Shown here: piece after piece, positions 29,266 to 40,237 of the stretch | Numbering within the stretch: position 1 is the first letter of the stretch | How the letters are laid out: each line of letters begins with the position of its first letter | Program-made: the position numbers and the translations under genes | Notes under the pieces: generated by a model | Databases searched by the model: none | What the model was told of the DNA's origin: nothing | What the model saw: the letters and a program-made list of their open reading frames with translations, nothing else | Assembly (NCBI GenBank): GCA_964348275.1 | Contig: CAYGBT010000004.1 | Location: forward strand, 45,449-109,448 | Direction: 5' to 3' | DNA length: 64,000 bases | From: an uncultured bacterium | GTDB lineage: Bacteria > Methylomirabilota > Methylomirabilia > Methylomirabilales > CSP1-5

Positions 29266-29294
29266 ATTATAGTGAGGGGACCCCAGCATGTCAA
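29266..29294 (-). promoter_or_regulatory. Consensus sigma70 promoter of the yceD-rpmF-plsX-fab operon
   Basis: Minus strand reads TTGACA (29294-29289), exactly 17 nt, TATAAT (29271-29266), about 30 nt upstream of the yceD ATG. Confidence 0.65.
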
Positions 29295-29359
29295 GCGAAA
29301 AACCAGACCAACCATGGATAAACCCGCGACGCAACAGCATTCTTTCCACTGCAATCGCA

Positions 29360-29818
29360 TTAGCGATTGCCACCTGGACCCATAACACGATTGAGGCGGG
29401 TGTAATCGAAGGTGTCAACCGTCGCAAAGAAGTAGGGCACCTCAAACGCCGCAGACTCCGGCGAGTCCGAACCGTGGACCGCATTGCGCTCAATCCCCGT
29501 GCCAAGATCCCGCCGGATGGTCCCCGGAGACGCCTGAGCGGGGTCCGTCGCCCCCATGATGGCGCGGACAGTTGAAATCGCCCCCTCACCCTCCAAAACC
29601 ATGACCACCGATGGCCCGGAACTCATGAAGACAGTCAAGCTGTCGAAAAACGGTCGTGTCCGGTGGACGTGATAAAACCCCTCCGCCCTCCGCTTATCCA
29701 GATAGACCATTTTGAGGCCACAGATCCGAAGGCCTGCCTCCTCGAAACGGCGAATGACTTCTCCGATCCTACCGGCGGCCACGGCATCCGGTTTCACAAT
29801 GGCGAGTGTTCGCTCCAT
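29360..29818 (-). CDS. ndk: Nucleoside diphosphate kinase
   Basis: [13 protein letters not shown]...[12 protein letters not shown]... Start moved to ATG 29818; the 44-codon upstream extension passes through the hairpin at 29840-29868. Confidence 0.92.
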   Translation of the reverse strand: MERTLAIVKPDAVAAGRIGEVIRRFEEAGLRICGLKMVYLDKRRAEGFYHVHRTRPFFDSLTVFMSSGPSVVMVLEGEGAISTVRAIMGATDPAQASPGTIRRDLGTGIERNAVHGSDSPESAAFEVPYFFATVDTFDYTRLNRVMGPGGNR

Positions 29819-29839
29819 GCCTGCCCCCTGTCTTGAAAC

Positions 29840-29868
29840 AAAGACCACCTGGAACACAGGTGGTCTTT
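29840..29868 (-). terminator. Strong hairpin (12-bp stem, 5-nt loop) with U-rich tails; terminator-like
   Basis: AAAGACCACCTG-GAACA-CAGGTGGTCTTT. On the minus strand it is followed by GUUUCAAG, on the plus strand by UGUCUCG. It lies ~160 nt after the sucD stop and only ~20 nt before the ndk ATG. Confidence 0.5.
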
Positions 29869-29922
29869 TGTCTCGAAGCACCGTGATGTCCACGGCGCAG
29901 CTTCCCGGAATCCTCTTCTTGG

Positions 29923-30030
29923 TCAGTGCCGTTCCAACTATTTTTGCCAACGGTCTCGCTGTACTCGCTCAAGACCCTTGCAACAAGGCAGGCCGCTCAA
30001 ATTCGGCTTATCAAGTTAGAACGGTACTAG
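29923..30030. mobile_element. 108-bp MITE-like element, copy E1 (16-bp terminal inverted repeats)
   Basis: TCAGTGCCGTTCCAAC ...76 nt... GTTAGAACGGTACTAG. The reverse complement aligns ungapped with copy E2 (53805-53912): same length, 49/76 internal positions identical by hand count. The right terminus contains the sucD stop codon. Confidence 0.7.
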
Positions 30031-30902
30031 CGACCCCGAAGGGCCGCTTCCACCCTGACCCCCATCTCGGCCGGAGACCGGCAGACGTGAATCCCTGCCA
30101 CCTCCATCGCTTTAACCTTTTCAGCTGCGGTTCCTTTCCCCCCTGCGATGATCGCACCCGCATGTCCCATCCGCCGGCCCGGGGGAGCCGTCATTCCTGC
30201 CACATACCCAACGACCGGCTTGTCCATGTGGGTGTTAACGAACGCCGCCGCTTCTTCCTCCGCAGTCCCACCAATCTCTCCAATCAGAAGAATGGCTTCT
30301 GTCCCCGGATCTTCCTGGAAAAGACGAAGGCAATCCACAAAGCTCGTTCCAATAATCGGATCGCCACCAATTCCAACACAGGTGGATTGTCCGATCCCGC
30401 GCTGAGTCAGCTGTCCTACTGCTTCATAAGTCAAGGTGCCACTTCGAGAAACTACACCGACTGGTCCAGGCATGTGGATGTGGCCGGGCATGATCCCCAC
30501 TTTGGCCTTACCGGGGGAAATCACGCCCGGACAGTTGGGACCGATTAAACGTAAGGCCTGCCCCTGCAGACACCGCGATACCTTTACCATATCCAGTGCG
30601 GGAATTCCCTCGGTAATACACACGATCACGCCAATGCCAGCATCGGCCGCCTCGAGAATGGCGTCGGCGGCAAAACCAGGCGGAACAAAGATCAGGGAGG
30701 TATTCGCCCCGGCCTCCTTGACCGCATGGGTCACAGTATTGAAAACGGGGATTCCCTCGTGGAGCATTCCCCCCTTGCCAGGAGTGACCCCCGCGACTAC
30801 CTTCGTCCCATACTCCACACACCCCCTGGCGTGAAAACTCCCCTCCTTCCCCGTAATCCCCTGGACGACCACCCGCGTCTGCTCGTCGACTAAGATGCTC
30901 AT
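30027..30902 (-). CDS. sucD: Succinyl-CoA ligase subunit alpha
   Basis: [24 protein letters not shown]...MGHAGAI... Start set to ATG 30902; the upstream [10 protein letters not shown] extension is read out of the heptamer repeat. Confidence 0.93.
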   Translation of the reverse strand: MSILVDEQTRVVVQGITGKEGSFHARGCVEYGTKVVAGVTPGKGGMLHEGIPVFNTVTHAVKEAGANTSLIFVPPGFAADAILEAADAGIGVIVCITEGIPALDMVKVSRCLQGQALRLIGPNCPGVISPGKAKVGIMPGHIHMPGPVGVVSRSGTLTYEAVGQLTQRGIGQSTCVGIGGDPIIGTSFVDCLRLFQEDPGTEAILLIGEIGGTAEEEAAAFVNTHMDKPVVGYVAGMTAPPGRRMGHAGAIIAGGKGTAAEKVKAMEVAGIHVCRSPAEMGVRVEAALRGR

Positions 30903-30919
30903 GCCCCTCTTCCCTCGGC

Positions 30920-31003
30920 GTTCACGGTTCACCGTTCACAGTTCACAGACGGACCCGGTAGGAACTGCCTCATACCGTGAACCGTGAACTGTCAACTGTG
31001 AAC
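30920..31003. repeat. Heptamer-array hairpin element H5 (sucC/sucD junction)
   Basis: Left arm GTTCACG GTTCACC GTTCACA GTTCACA G (30920-30948), 26-nt loop, right arm CCGTGAAC CGTGAAC TGTCAAC TGTGAAC (30975-31003). 23/28 positions are complementary by hand count. The right arm carries the sucC stop and its last 3 codons. Confidence 0.8.
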
Positions 31004-32161
31004 TCCTTTGGCGGTTTGGGCGGCCAACTCCGCGGCATCAGCCATCGTTTCGGCATTCACAAAGTTCAATCCTGATTCCTTCAGCATTTGCCTCCCTAGC
31101 TCCACGTTGGTTCCTTCCATCCGAATCACGATGGGGAGAGTGACACCCAGCGCCGTGACAGCCTTGATGACCCCCTCCGCCAACCGGTCACACCGCAAGA
31201 TGCCTCCGAAGATGTTGATCAGGACGACTTTGACGTTCCGGTCCGAGATTAAAATACGGAAGGCGTTCTCGATCTGCTCGGCGCTGGCGCCGCCCCCCAC
31301 ATCCAAGAAGTTAGCTGGTTCGCCCCCAGCCAACTTAATAATGTCCATGGTGGCCATGGCCAGACCAGCCCCGTTGACCATACACCCCACGTTGCCGTCC
31401 AGCTTAATGTAGCTCAAGTCGTACTTTGACGCCTCAACCTCCAGGGGAGACTCCTCGTCCACGTCGCGGAGCGCCAGGACTTCGGTGTGTCGGGAGGTCG
31501 CGTTGTCGTCGAAAGTCATTTTCGCATCCAGGGCGAGCAGGCGGCCATCCCCTGTAATCACCAGCGGGTTAATCTCGGCTAGGGAGCAGTCCTTTGTCTC
31601 AAAGGCGCGGTACAGTCTTATGAGGAAATCGGCCACCCCCTTGAGCGTGTCCCCTGTGACGCCAAGCCCGAACCCCAGCTTGCGGGTGTGGAAACCTTGG
31701 ACGCCCGTGGCCGGATCCACGTGCACCCGTGTGATAGCCTCCGGCCTGGTCAGGGCCACCTCCTCAATGTCCATCCCGCCAGCACTGGAGGCCATAATCA
31801 CTGGCAGGCCGACCGAGCGGTCAATCACGATCCCGAGGTACAGCTCCTGGCGGATGTCCATGGCCTCCTCGACCAGTACGCGCTTCACGCGCTGGCCTTC
31901 CGGCCCAGTCTGATGCGTCCTCAGCATCATCCCCAGGATTTGAGATGCAACCTGCTCTGCCTCATCCGGAGACTTCGCCAGTTTGACGCCGCCCCCCTTG
32001 CCTCGGCCGCCAGCATGGATCTGTGCCTTGACTACCACGGTCCCACCGAGCTCCCGTGCGACGGCTAGAGCCTCAGCTGGCGTTTCGACCACGCGCCCCC
32101 GCGGGACTGGGACCCCAAACTCCGCCAGAATTGCCTTGGCCTGATACTCGTGAATCTTCAT
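30992..32161 (-). CDS. sucC: Succinyl-CoA ligase subunit beta
   Basis: [20 protein letters not shown]... ATP-grasp domain ...NIFGGI... Confidence 0.94.
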   Translation of the reverse strand: MKIHEYQAKAILAEFGVPVPRGRVVETPAEALAVARELGGTVVVKAQIHAGGRGKGGGVKLAKSPDEAEQVASQILGMMLRTHQTGPEGQRVKRVLVEEAMDIRQELYLGIVIDRSVGLPVIMASSAGGMDIEEVALTRPEAITRVHVDPATGVQGFHTRKLGFGLGVTGDTLKGVADFLIRLYRAFETKDCSLAEINPLVITGDGRLLALDAKMTFDDNATSRHTEVLALRDVDEESPLEVEASKYDLSYIKLDGNVGCMVNGAGLAMATMDIIKLAGGEPANFLDVGGGASAEQIENAFRILISDRNVKVVLINIFGGILRCDRLAEGVIKAVTALGVTLPIVIRMEGTNVELGRQMLKESGLNFVNAETMADAAELAAQTAKGVHS

Positions 32162-32225
32162 CGCTATCTCGAGAGGTTACAGCTTATGCCCAATGGAAAA
32201 CCGGAAGCCGCCCTTATCAAGGTGC

Positions 32226-32989
32226 TTATCCTTTTTCTAATCCGTTTCGACCGAAGAATTTCGCCTTCAAAAAATCGCGGTTCATGCGGGCGATGAAGTC
32301 GATGCTGATCCCCTTTGGGCAGACGGCCTCGCACTCCCCGTAGTTGGTGCAGCTTCCGAACATCTCCTTCTCCATCGTCGCCACCATCTTTTGCGCGCGA
32401 TGCCAGCGCTCGGGTTGCCCTTGCGGGAGCAGTCCGAGATGAGAAATCTTTGCTGCGGTGAAAAGCTGGGCTGCCCCGTTCGGGCACTGGGCCACGCAGG
32501 CACCGCACCCGATGCAGGAGGCAGCGTCGAAGGCGAGGTCAACCACTTCCTTCGGAATCAGGATCTCGTTTGCTTCAGGAGCACTGCCGGTATCAACCGA
32601 GATAAAGCCACCGGCTTGGATGATCCGGTCAAAGGCGCTCCGGTCCACGATGAGGTCTTTGACCACCGGAAAGGCTTTCGCGCGCCAGGGCTCGATGGTA
32701 ATGGTGTCTCCGTCCTTAAAGTGCCGCATGTGAAGCTGGCAGGCGGTCGTGCGCAGAAAAGGTCCATGGGCTCTCCCGTTAATGATGATCCCGCAGGTAC
32801 CGCAGATCCCTTCCCGACAATCGTGATCGAAGGCGATCGGAGCTTCCCCTTTCTCGATAAGTCGCTCGTTGACGACATCGAGCATGTCCAGAAACGAGAT
32901 GTCCGGGCTGATGTCGGTGGCCTCGTACGCAACCATCCGCCCCTGTGCATGCGCATTCGGCTGGCGCCAGACATGGAGGGTGAAATTCA

Positions 32990-32990
<1 letters not shown>
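32226..32990 (-). CDS. sdhB: Succinate dehydrogenase/fumarate reductase iron-sulfur subunit
   Basis: [10 protein letters not shown] (2Fe-2S), [12 protein letters not shown] and [10 protein letters not shown] cluster motifs. Confidence 0.9.
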
Positions 32991-34906
<1,916 letters not shown>

Positions 34907-34919
34907 GGTGAGATACCCC

Positions 34920-35597
34920 TTAAAAAACCCACCCAGTGAGCACCGCTACCGGGAATGAAATGTTACCGACGGCAATAATCCACGCGAAGGCAATGGCAAA
35001 CTGTCGGCGCCAATGGTTGAATTTGGGGTGGTTCCAACCCAGGGACTGAAAGAGGCTCCAGAGGCCGTGATAGAGGTGAAGACCGAGGATGACCTGCGCA
35101 AGGATGTAAAAACCCGCAACCCACCACACCCGAAAGCTCGCTACGACGTTGTGATAGACGTCCTGCGGGTTAAAGCCCGGGGTCACCTTCCCCCACGTGA
35201 GGTCGAACAGGTGAAAGACCACGAACAGGCCAATGATCACTCCACCCCAACGCATGGTCCGCGAGGCATAGCCCGCCGCAACGACTTGCTTCTGTTCGTA
35301 CCCGATCGGCCGGGCCCGCCAGTTCATCCAAGTCAGCTGGACCGCAGCGAGGATATGCAAGCCGAACGATACAAGCAGAATGATCCGGAAAATCCAGAGC
35401 ACTGTGCCGTGCGGGAAAAGGGGTTCGCCCATCACTCTGAGGAACTCGGCATAGTGGTTCAAACTTTCTCTGCCCAGGTAGAGCTTCAGGTTGCCCAGCA
35501 TGTGCACCAGGACATAGCCATAGAGCACTATACCGGTAACGGCCATCACGACCTTCTTGCCTAGAGCGGATCGATAAAAGTCCAGTAACAATACCAT
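34920..35597 (-). CDS. sdhC: Succinate dehydrogenase/fumarate reductase cytochrome b subunit (single large membrane anchor)
   Basis: 225 aa with about five hydrophobic helices and conserved His residues. Position upstream of sdhA as in B. subtilis/Wolinella-type (type B) enzymes. Confidence 0.75.
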   Translation of the reverse strand: MVLLLDFYRSALGKKVVMAVTGIVLYGYVLVHMLGNLKLYLGRESLNHYAEFLRVMGEPLFPHGTVLWIFRIILLVSFGLHILAAVQLTWMNWRARPIGYEQKQVVAAGYASRTMRWGGVIIGLFVVFHLFDLTWGKVTPGFNPQDVYHNVVASFRVWWVAGFYILAQVILGLHLYHGLWSLFQSLGWNHPKFNHWRRQFAIAFAWIIAVGNISFPVAVLTGWVF

Positions 35598-35628
35598 TCC
35601 CTTTCCCCTCGAAGTACAGGAGGGGGTT

Positions 35629-36553
35629 TTAGAGCTCTAATTTATCCAGCAATTCGCGAACCGCGGCGGCCGACTTATCGAAGGCGGCCTGTTCGTCTGG
35701 CGTCAGCTTAATCTCAACGACCGGCTCGATCCCACGCTGACCGAGCTTGACCGGAACCTCCACGTAGAATCCCTTGACGCCATACTTACCGTTCAGATGG
35801 GCGGCACACGGGAGGATCTTTTTTTGTCCTTCAGGATGGCTTCGATCATCTCGGTGACCGCCGCGCCGGGGGCGTAATATGCCCCGCCCGTCTTGAGCAA
35901 GCTGACGATCTCTGCCCCGCCGTCTCGCGTTCGCTGGACGATGGCATCGATTTGCACCTGGGAAAGCATCTCGGTGATCGGGATTCCCGCCACGGTACAG
36001 TACCGGGGAGTGGTACCATGGTGTCCCCATGGCCCCCAAGGACAAAGGCGTCCGCGTTCTCTACTGAGACCTGAAGTTCGAGCGCAACAAAGGTCCGGAA
36101 GCGTGCTGAGTCCAGGATCCCCGCCATCCCCATGACTCGTTCTGGTGGAAAGCCACTTCGCTTCCAGGAGAGGTGGGTCATTGCATCTAAGGGATTCGAG
36201 ACCACACTGAGGATGGCGTTCGGGGAGCGCGGCACAACCTGATCCACAACTGTCCCGACGATCTCCGCATTCTCGAAGAGAAGATCATCCCGGCTCATCC
36301 CAGGCTTCCGGGCGAGCCCGGCGGTGATTACAACAATGTCGGAGTCCGCGGTAGGGCCGTAGTCATTGCTTCCGGTTAACTGAGAGTCGTACCTGTGGAT
36401 TGGCCCTGCCTCTCGCAGATCGAGCCCTTTGCCCTGGGGGAGCCTCTCAATAATATCCAGGAGGACCACATCGGCGAACACTTTCTCGACGGTGTACTGA
36501 GTTACCGAGGCTCGGACGTTTCCCGCCCCAACCACAGTTACCTTAGGCCACAT
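35629..36553 (-). pseudogene. mdh: Malate dehydrogenase (LDH-like family) interrupted by two 1-nt frameshifts
   Basis: A full-length MDH can be read only by joining three frames: ...[13 protein letters not shown] | [14 protein letters not shown]...EAILKDKK | [13 protein letters not shown]...LDKLEL. The shifts are at a C4 run (plus-strand 36005-36008) and an A7 run (35819-35825). Also GAGNVR instead of GAGNVG (codon at 36512-36514). Confidence 0.8.
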
Positions 36554-36833
36554 AGTCTCTTTCCAAACTCCGACATGCGAGATCCGCGGTCCGAATCAAG
36601 GCCAAGACCCCGAGAAGTCCTACCATCCGACTTCGGACGTTGGACCGGTCCAGCCCACATTTTCGATGATGGCGTCGACGAACCGGGAGGGGCGCTAGCC
36701 ACTCCCCAAATCGCCAGCGCGGCCTGCGAACGGGTTCGGTAGGCTTCCGGTAATATAACCAATTGAAATTACCATGACGAGACTAGACTGTCAAGATTGA
36801 GGCTCGTCGAGGCCTCCACTGAGGATGTCCTCT

Positions 36834-38075
36834 TTAACTCCACGCGATGAGGCGGGCCGCGACATGGTACCCTCGCCAGGCAGTGGCCGAGAGCCCGCGC
36901 CCAAGTGGGCTTTCGCGCGCGATAACGAGCATATTCCGGGGGCGGGGTCGGCGGCGAGAGAGGAGCGAGCGGCCCATCCCATCTCGCCTCAGAGGCGGTG
37001 AGCAGACCTTCGCCTTGGTCCAACCCGGAAAGGTCTTCCCTAAGAGGGTTATCGGGTTCTCTCGGGAACTGCGCAGTATCCGGACCGCCACTGTTCGTTC
37101 TTCAGGCAATGAATCCTGACGACGGGCGATCCCGCCTAAGGTGAGCTGGAGGACGGCCAATGGCCCCCCCTTCTCCGAATCGGCCTCCAGGAGTATCACA
37201 TTCTGTCCCATTTCGCCGGGGATCAGCGCCTCGTCCACGAGAACGTGCAGGATCCGATCCTCGGGACTGACCTCCGCCTCCAAAACCACATGCCGACAGG
37301 AAACCACCTCCCCGTCCGTCATGGTCACCCCACGCACTTCTCCCCACCTGCTCTTGACCTCCCCCACGGCGCTTACCCGGATCTCTCCTCCCAGGCCTTG
37401 GAAGCGGGAGATGAGCCACTCGGCTAATGCCCTCATTCCTCCACGCGGCGCAAAAAAACCTCTGTGGGTATGCCCAAAGGCGGCAGCGCCCATGGCGACT
37501 GTGGTTTGACGCGGTTCCACGTGGAAGCAGGCCCCGGCCACCACTTCAGCTATATCACAAAACGAGAGCGCGGCTCCGCGCTCCCGCAGATAGCCTCGAA
37601 GGGGACGCCTTCCGATGAGGTGGGTATGCCTCCAGGAAGTGATACCCCTGAGGGGAGCCTCCGTTTGCTTCCAGATTATCTCGGAAAGGCGGCATAACTG
37701 TTCGGAGCTTACAATCATGGAGTGCCAACAGCTGGGAAACTCTCGCCGAAGTTCTCGTTCCCAGTCGGGTCCCAACGGGTAAAGACCGAAACGGTGGTCA
37801 GGCAGGACCACCTGGATTCCAGGCTTCAGTCGACTTAACGGCGGCTCACTCTTTTCGGCAGCCAGCAGTGGGTGAAGTAACCCACCGTCCTCGAACCCCC
37901 AGAGCAGCTCCGGAGACCGATGGTGTTCGAGTCCATCCTGGACCCAAAAGAAAGATTCCTGGAGCGGCCTGCCCGTGAGCAGAAGGACCTGCCAGCCCCG
38001 CTGGGCTAGTACTGTCCCACAGACCAATCCGCCAATCCCAGATCCGACAATGAGGCAGTCAATCTCCCGACGCAT
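36834..38075 (-). CDS. FAD/NAD(P)-binding oxidoreductase (phytoene-desaturase-like family)
   Basis: MRREIDCLIVGSGIGGLVCGTVLAQRGWQVLLL Rossmann motif. Start moved to ATG 38075; 17-nt overlap with the der end. Confidence 0.65.
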   Translation of the reverse strand: MRREIDCLIVGSGIGGLVCGTVLAQRGWQVLLLTGRPLQESFFWVQDGLEHHRSPELLWGFEDGGLLHPLLAAEKSEPPLSRLKPGIQVVLPDHRFGLYPLGPDWERELRREFPSCWHSMIVSSEQLCRLSEIIWKQTEAPLRGITSWRHTHLIGRRPLRGYLRERGAALSFCDIAEVVAGACFHVEPRQTTVAMGAAAFGHTHRGFFAPRGGMRALAEWLISRFQGLGGEIRVSAVGEVKSRWGEVRGVTMTDGEVVSCRHVVLEAEVSPEDRILHVLVDEALIPGEMGQNVILLEADSEKGGPLAVLQLTLGGIARRQDSLPEERTVAVRILRSSRENPITLLGKTFPGWTKAKVCSPPLRRDGMGRSLLSRRRPRPRNMLVIARESPLGRGLSATAWRGYHVAARLIAWS

Positions 38076-39414
38076 GCTGTCCCTGCTCGCGAAGGGAGCG
38101 CCTACCCCGTAAGCGTAGGCGGATGGGGTTGCCCTCAAAGCCATAGGTGGCCCGAAGTCGATTGATCAGGTACCGCACATAGGACGTGGGAATACTGTGG
38201 GGGGCACTTACCAAGAGGTCAAAGGTGGGGGGCCACCCGCGCCGTTGGGTGGCGGTACCGATCTTGATCTGTCGTCCTCGGGTTGACGGAGGCGGGTGGA
38301 CTGCTACCAGTTCGTCGATGAAGTGATTGAGCTCCTGCGGAGGGATTGAGCGGTCGCGTTCCTTGAGGACACGCTCGACCAAACCGAAGATCTTGAAGAC
38401 GCGCTGCCCGGTGAGGGCCGAGATGAACACGACCGGGGCATAGTCAAGATGTCTCAACTTCTCCCGGATTTGTCGAACATGCTGATGAGCTGTCCCCGCT
38501 TGCTTCTCGACAAGATCCCATTTGTTCACCACCAGGATCGAGGCGCAGCCCGCCTCGTACGCAATACCGGCAATCCGGGCATCCTGACGCACCACGCCGG
38601 TGCTCGCATCAAGGAGGATGAAAGCGACATCACAGCGCTGCACGCTCTTGATGGCCCGGAGCACGCTGTAATACTCGAGTCGATGAGTCATCCGGCTCTT
38701 CGACCGAATCCCAGCGGTGTCCACCAAAACATACCGCTGGCCCTGGTAAGCAAAGGGGGTATCGATTGCGTCCCGAGTCGTCCCAGGCTCGGGAGTAACG
38801 ATGACTCGAGACTCGCCGAGGATTCTGTTGACGAGGGAGGACTTCCCCACATTGGGGCGACCGACCACGGCGATCGTCACCGCCGCCGGGACTGCGTCTA
38901 CCTTCTCTGCTGGTGGAAGAAAGTCGAGAAGGTGGTCAAGGAGTTCTCCCACCCCCGTTCCGTGCTCGGCCGACACTGACAGAACCTCAGAAAATCCAAG
39001 CCGGTAAAACTCGCCGATATGAAAGGTCTTTGCCGCGACATCCACCTTGTTGGCCACGAGGAGGACTGGTTTCTTCGTCTTCTCCCGCAACAGAAGGGCT
39101 ACTTCCTCGTCTAAAGGGGTAAGCCCTTCCCTGGCGTCTACGAGGAACAGAATGAGGTCCGCATCCTCCATCGCCAGCTGGGCCTGCTGGACCACGCGGC
39201 GCGTAATCGGAGTGGGGGCCTTCGGTTCAAAGCCACCAGTATCCACAAGAAGAAAGGACCGTCCCCGCCACTCGACCGTCCCATAGTTTCGGTCCCGGGT
39301 CACTCCGGGCGTCGCTTCCACGATTGCCCGTCGTCTTCCTATCAGGCGATTGAAGAGCGTAGACTTTCCCACGTTGGGACGGCCCACGATCGCGATGGTA
39401 ACAAGCTTCCTCAT
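38059..39414 (-). CDS. der: Ribosome-associated GTPase Der (EngA)
   Basis: Two tandem G domains (GRPNVGKSTLFN... and GRPNVGKSSLVN...) plus a KH-like C-terminus. Confidence 0.94.
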   Translation of the reverse strand: MRKLVTIAIVGRPNVGKSTLFNRLIGRRRAIVEATPGVTRDRNYGTVEWRGRSFLLVDTGGFEPKAPTPITRRVVQQAQLAMEDADLILFLVDAREGLTPLDEEVALLLREKTKKPVLLVANKVDVAAKTFHIGEFYRLGFSEVLSVSAEHGTGVGELLDHLLDFLPPAEKVDAVPAAVTIAVVGRPNVGKSSLVNRILGESRVIVTPEPGTTRDAIDTPFAYQGQRYVLVDTAGIRSKSRMTHRLEYYSVLRAIKSVQRCDVAFILLDASTGVVRQDARIAGIAYEAGCASILVVNKWDLVEKQAGTAHQHVRQIREKLRHLDYAPVVFISALTGQRVFKIFGLVERVLKERDRSIPPQELNHFIDELVAVHPPPSTRGRQIKIGTATQRRGWPPTFDLLVSAPHSIPTSYVRYLINRLRATYGFEGNPIRLRLRGRRSLREQGQHASGD

Positions 39415-39605
39415 CTTCGTCCGTTTCTTCCCCTATCAACGCACAATTAGGATACTGCATTGGTATAGAGCACGCAACGGAGAGGAAGGACCAGCCATGC
39501 AATATACTGGCAGCCAGACCTGGCCGGGTTACAGTCTGAGTCCTGCCAACCTGAGCGCGGCTGGAGGGATAGAGCGGAGAAACGGACAGAGAGCGCTGCG
39601 GTCTC

Positions 39606-40154
39606 TTATGCGGTCGAGGCGTTCCGCAAACGGGAGATCAACTCAACCGCCCCTCGATAAGTGTAGTCCACCCCTGACAGAACGGTTACTACCGCCGTTC
39701 CCAAGATCAAAGGCGGAAGCACGCCGTCCCCCTCCGCCATGAGCATGGCCGCAAGGACTGTAAGGACTTGCAGGACCGAGCTCAGCTTCCCGATGGATGA
39801 CGGTGGGTAGCCGAGGCGACCACTTGCCGTGTACAGGATGCAGGACCCGATTATCAAGACGAGGTCCCTCCCCACACCGACCACCGCAAGCCACATGGGG
39901 AGGCGACCGACCAAGGCCAAGGTAAGAAAGGACGAACCTAACAGGACCTTGTCCGCTACCGGGTCGAGGACCCTCCCGAACTCCGTTCGCTCCCGCAAGG
40001 AGCGAGCGAAGTATCCGTCAAGCCCATCCGTGATCCCCGCTAGGAGAAAGACGAAAAAGGCCAAGAGAAAGGACCCATCGAGGAGGAGGAACACGATGAT
40101 CGGGGTCAGAATGAGACGAAGAAAGGTCAGTCCATTGGGAAGATTGAAGATCAC
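39606..40154 (-). CDS. CDP-alcohol phosphatidyltransferase family protein
   Basis: DGLDGYFARSLRERTEFGRVLDPVADKVL matches the D-G-x2-A-R-x8-G-x3-D-x3-D motif. Multi-pass membrane protein. Second family member in the window (see pgsA). Confidence 0.8.
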   Translation of the reverse strand: MIFNLPNGLTFLRLILTPIIVFLLLDGSFLLAFFVFLLAGITDGLDGYFARSLRERTEFGRVLDPVADKVLLGSSFLTLALVGRLPMWLAVVGVGRDLVLIIGSCILYTASGRLGYPPSSIGKLSSVLQVLTVLAAMLMAEGDGVLPPLILGTAVVTVLSGVDYTYRGAVELISRLRNASTA

Positions 40155-40237
40155 AGTCTACACGCCTCATTTTCTGTACGTGTCGAAAGGCTGCTCGAAT
40201 CTTCACACCATGCTCAAGTCCTTGGAGGCCTGACATC

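Noticed and set aside
29934-29950. Sigma-54-like TGGCA-N6-TTGG upstream of ndk, and TGGCAC-N6-TTGG at 53886-53900
   Set aside because: The -12 GC dinucleotide is missing (GG instead) and the spacing is off by one. Both motifs are internal to the two MITE-like copies, and one points antisense to the genes. This is not enough for a promoter call even though rpoN is in the window.
30903-30932. N-terminal extension [10 protein letters not shown] of sucD given by the ORF track
   Set aside because: The extension is translated from the heptamer repeat (ATGAACCGTGAACGC…). SucD homologues start at MSIL…, and that ATG (30902) has its own GAGGGAAGAGG SD.
36538-36762. 74-aa ORF in the 280-nt spacer upstream of mdh, plus small hairpins there (36610-36636; GGTAAT-N13-ATTACC at 36749-36773)
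   Set aside because: The ORF has an alternative start, no SD and Arg/Ser/Gly-rich composition, and it overlaps the mdh start. The hairpins are short and imperfect. The spacer may hold the mdh promoter (TTGACA-17-TAATTT at about 36768-36796), but the -10 match is weak, so nothing was called.
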